This document shows positions 62,492 to 64,000 of a stretch of 64,000 nt of DNA, piece by piece; within the stretch, counting starts at the first letter, position 1; each line of letters opens with the position of its first letter. The DNA is from Squalus acanthias. Lineage: Eukaryota. Position numbers and translations under genes: made by a program. The stretch lies in contig CM059425.1 of the NCBI GenBank assembly GCA_030390025.1, positions 175,958,001-176,022,000 on the forward strand. Reading direction: 5' to 3'. The notes under the pieces were generated by a model. The model was given only the letters and a program-made list of their open reading frames with translations. It was not told where the DNA came from and did not search any database.

Positions 62492-64000
62492 CATCAAAAG
62501 GTAACACAGAGGAAATATGCAAAACATTTTCAATCAGATGGTGAAAATATTTTATTTAAAATGTAATAAAGATCAGGAATTTCCTCGGTGCTGCTCCCAC
62601 TCCACTGTCATAATGGGGCCACAAGAGTAATGGAAATCCGGTTTCTGCTGCACTTTCGGTGAAGCTACTCGGTGGAGCGGGAACAGGTCCGAGCAATTTT
62701 CCGGCCGAAGTATTTATAACACTGGGAGTGCTCGTTTCCGACTCTATTGCTGCCCTAGAAGGTATAAAACAAATTCAGTTTTCAAATGGTTAAGACATTG
62801 TAGTTTAGCAGAAGAAAATTTAAGCAGATTGAAAGCCCATTGAATAAATTTATCATTACTGCCATTTATGTTTCTGACTCTTAATAAATGATCCCATTAT
62901 TTTTCACTCATTCATATTTATTGCATTACAACCAAAAAGTGTACCCCGGGGCAGTGGTAAACTTGTATTTTGTATTCTGCTGCCATCTTTGCATTTTTGT
63001 GTAATCAATAAATGCTCGTGTTCCAGTAAGATGAAGAAGGAAAGCACTGACCCATGCATTTTTATATCAACTAATATCACAAAGTTACATTGCTTTTCAG
63101 AAGCTGCAATGATCAAGCACAATCTTGTAGCAACTGGAACACACTGCTCTTGTGTGTGGAGTTAGGGGTCAAATAATATTGAAGAGAAACCACTTCTTTT
63201 CTATGATCACTGTCTCTGTCCTTATCATAGAATCATACAGCACAGAAGTTGGCCATTCAACCCATCCTGCTGGTGCCAGCTCTTTGAGCAGCAGTTTTTG
63301 AAACTTATTGACCACTGTGACTCAGTCAGAAGGCTTACCCGATACTTACAGCGTGACCTCCATGACTAACTCCCTCTACTGGATACGTATGTAATTACAT
63401 AACATAATCATAATCATCATAATAGGGTACCGTCAGCTTCTGGGATGTGTTCTGTGAGAATAGCATACAATAAAGTGCAAAAATTTTAAGATTTTTAAAG
63501 TACTTTACAAGGCCAAAAAGATAGTAGGAAATATAAATCATACAAGGTCCATTCAGAACATTTTCATTAGAGGTAAGAGAAATTTGATTAATGAAGGATT
63601 AATTTCTTCTTGATAATCAGTAAAAATATCTTCTGGCTAAGGAGAAATCCATTGACCAAATCTCTATTAGTCTACACACAGCCCAAATAAAATAAAACTT
63701 GATTAATTTTAATTCTGGCCACCAAATGTATGGTTTTATCCTGTTGTTCAAAAAATGTGGCAAAGCGAATATAATTTGGATCTCAATTCAATAATTTCTG
63801 TTGAAATCGACTGGGAATTGTTGAAAAATCAAGTTTAAAGTTACGAAGATTTTCATTGACATTATTCATCTTTGAAGGCAGCCGGGCAGTGAATTGGGTA
63901 TTTAACTATGAATATTGAACCACTTGACTTTCTCTAGAAAGAAAGACTTGTATTAATACAGCACCTTTCATGACCACCGGACGTCCCAAAGCGCTTTACA

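Overview
Repeat-dominated eukaryotic DNA. The repeat content (tRNA-derived V-SINE and Deu-type SINEs, CR1/L2 LINEs, Penelope remnants) suggests a cartilaginous fish, which is an inference. No host protein-coding exon could be supported. The window is a stack of nested mobile elements. (1) A near full-length CR1 LINE (257-7948, minus) sits inside another LINE and is itself split by a deleted Harbinger. (2) A three-level nest at 13465-28958: a decayed Harbinger hosts a pol-less endogenous retrovirus-like LTR element (14966-25752, minus; 4-bp TSD, tRNA-Lys1,2 PBS, CCHC Gag with late-domain motifs, cryptic env C-terminus). One LTR of that element hosts an apparently intact autonomous Harbinger (15468-19683) with a 386-aa DDE transposase and a reconstructable 3-exon, 458-aa Myb/SANT gene. 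(3) Further Harbingers, MITEs, a solo LTR and many CR1/L2 fragments. (4) A roughly 170-bp Penelope-derived mini-element at 62.3-62.5 kb with a perfect 40-bp inverted repeat, a 13-bp TSD and an intact minimal hammerhead ribozyme core; two decayed hammerheads occur elsewhere. All alignments, counts and translations outside the supplied ORF track were done by eye, and no database searches were run.
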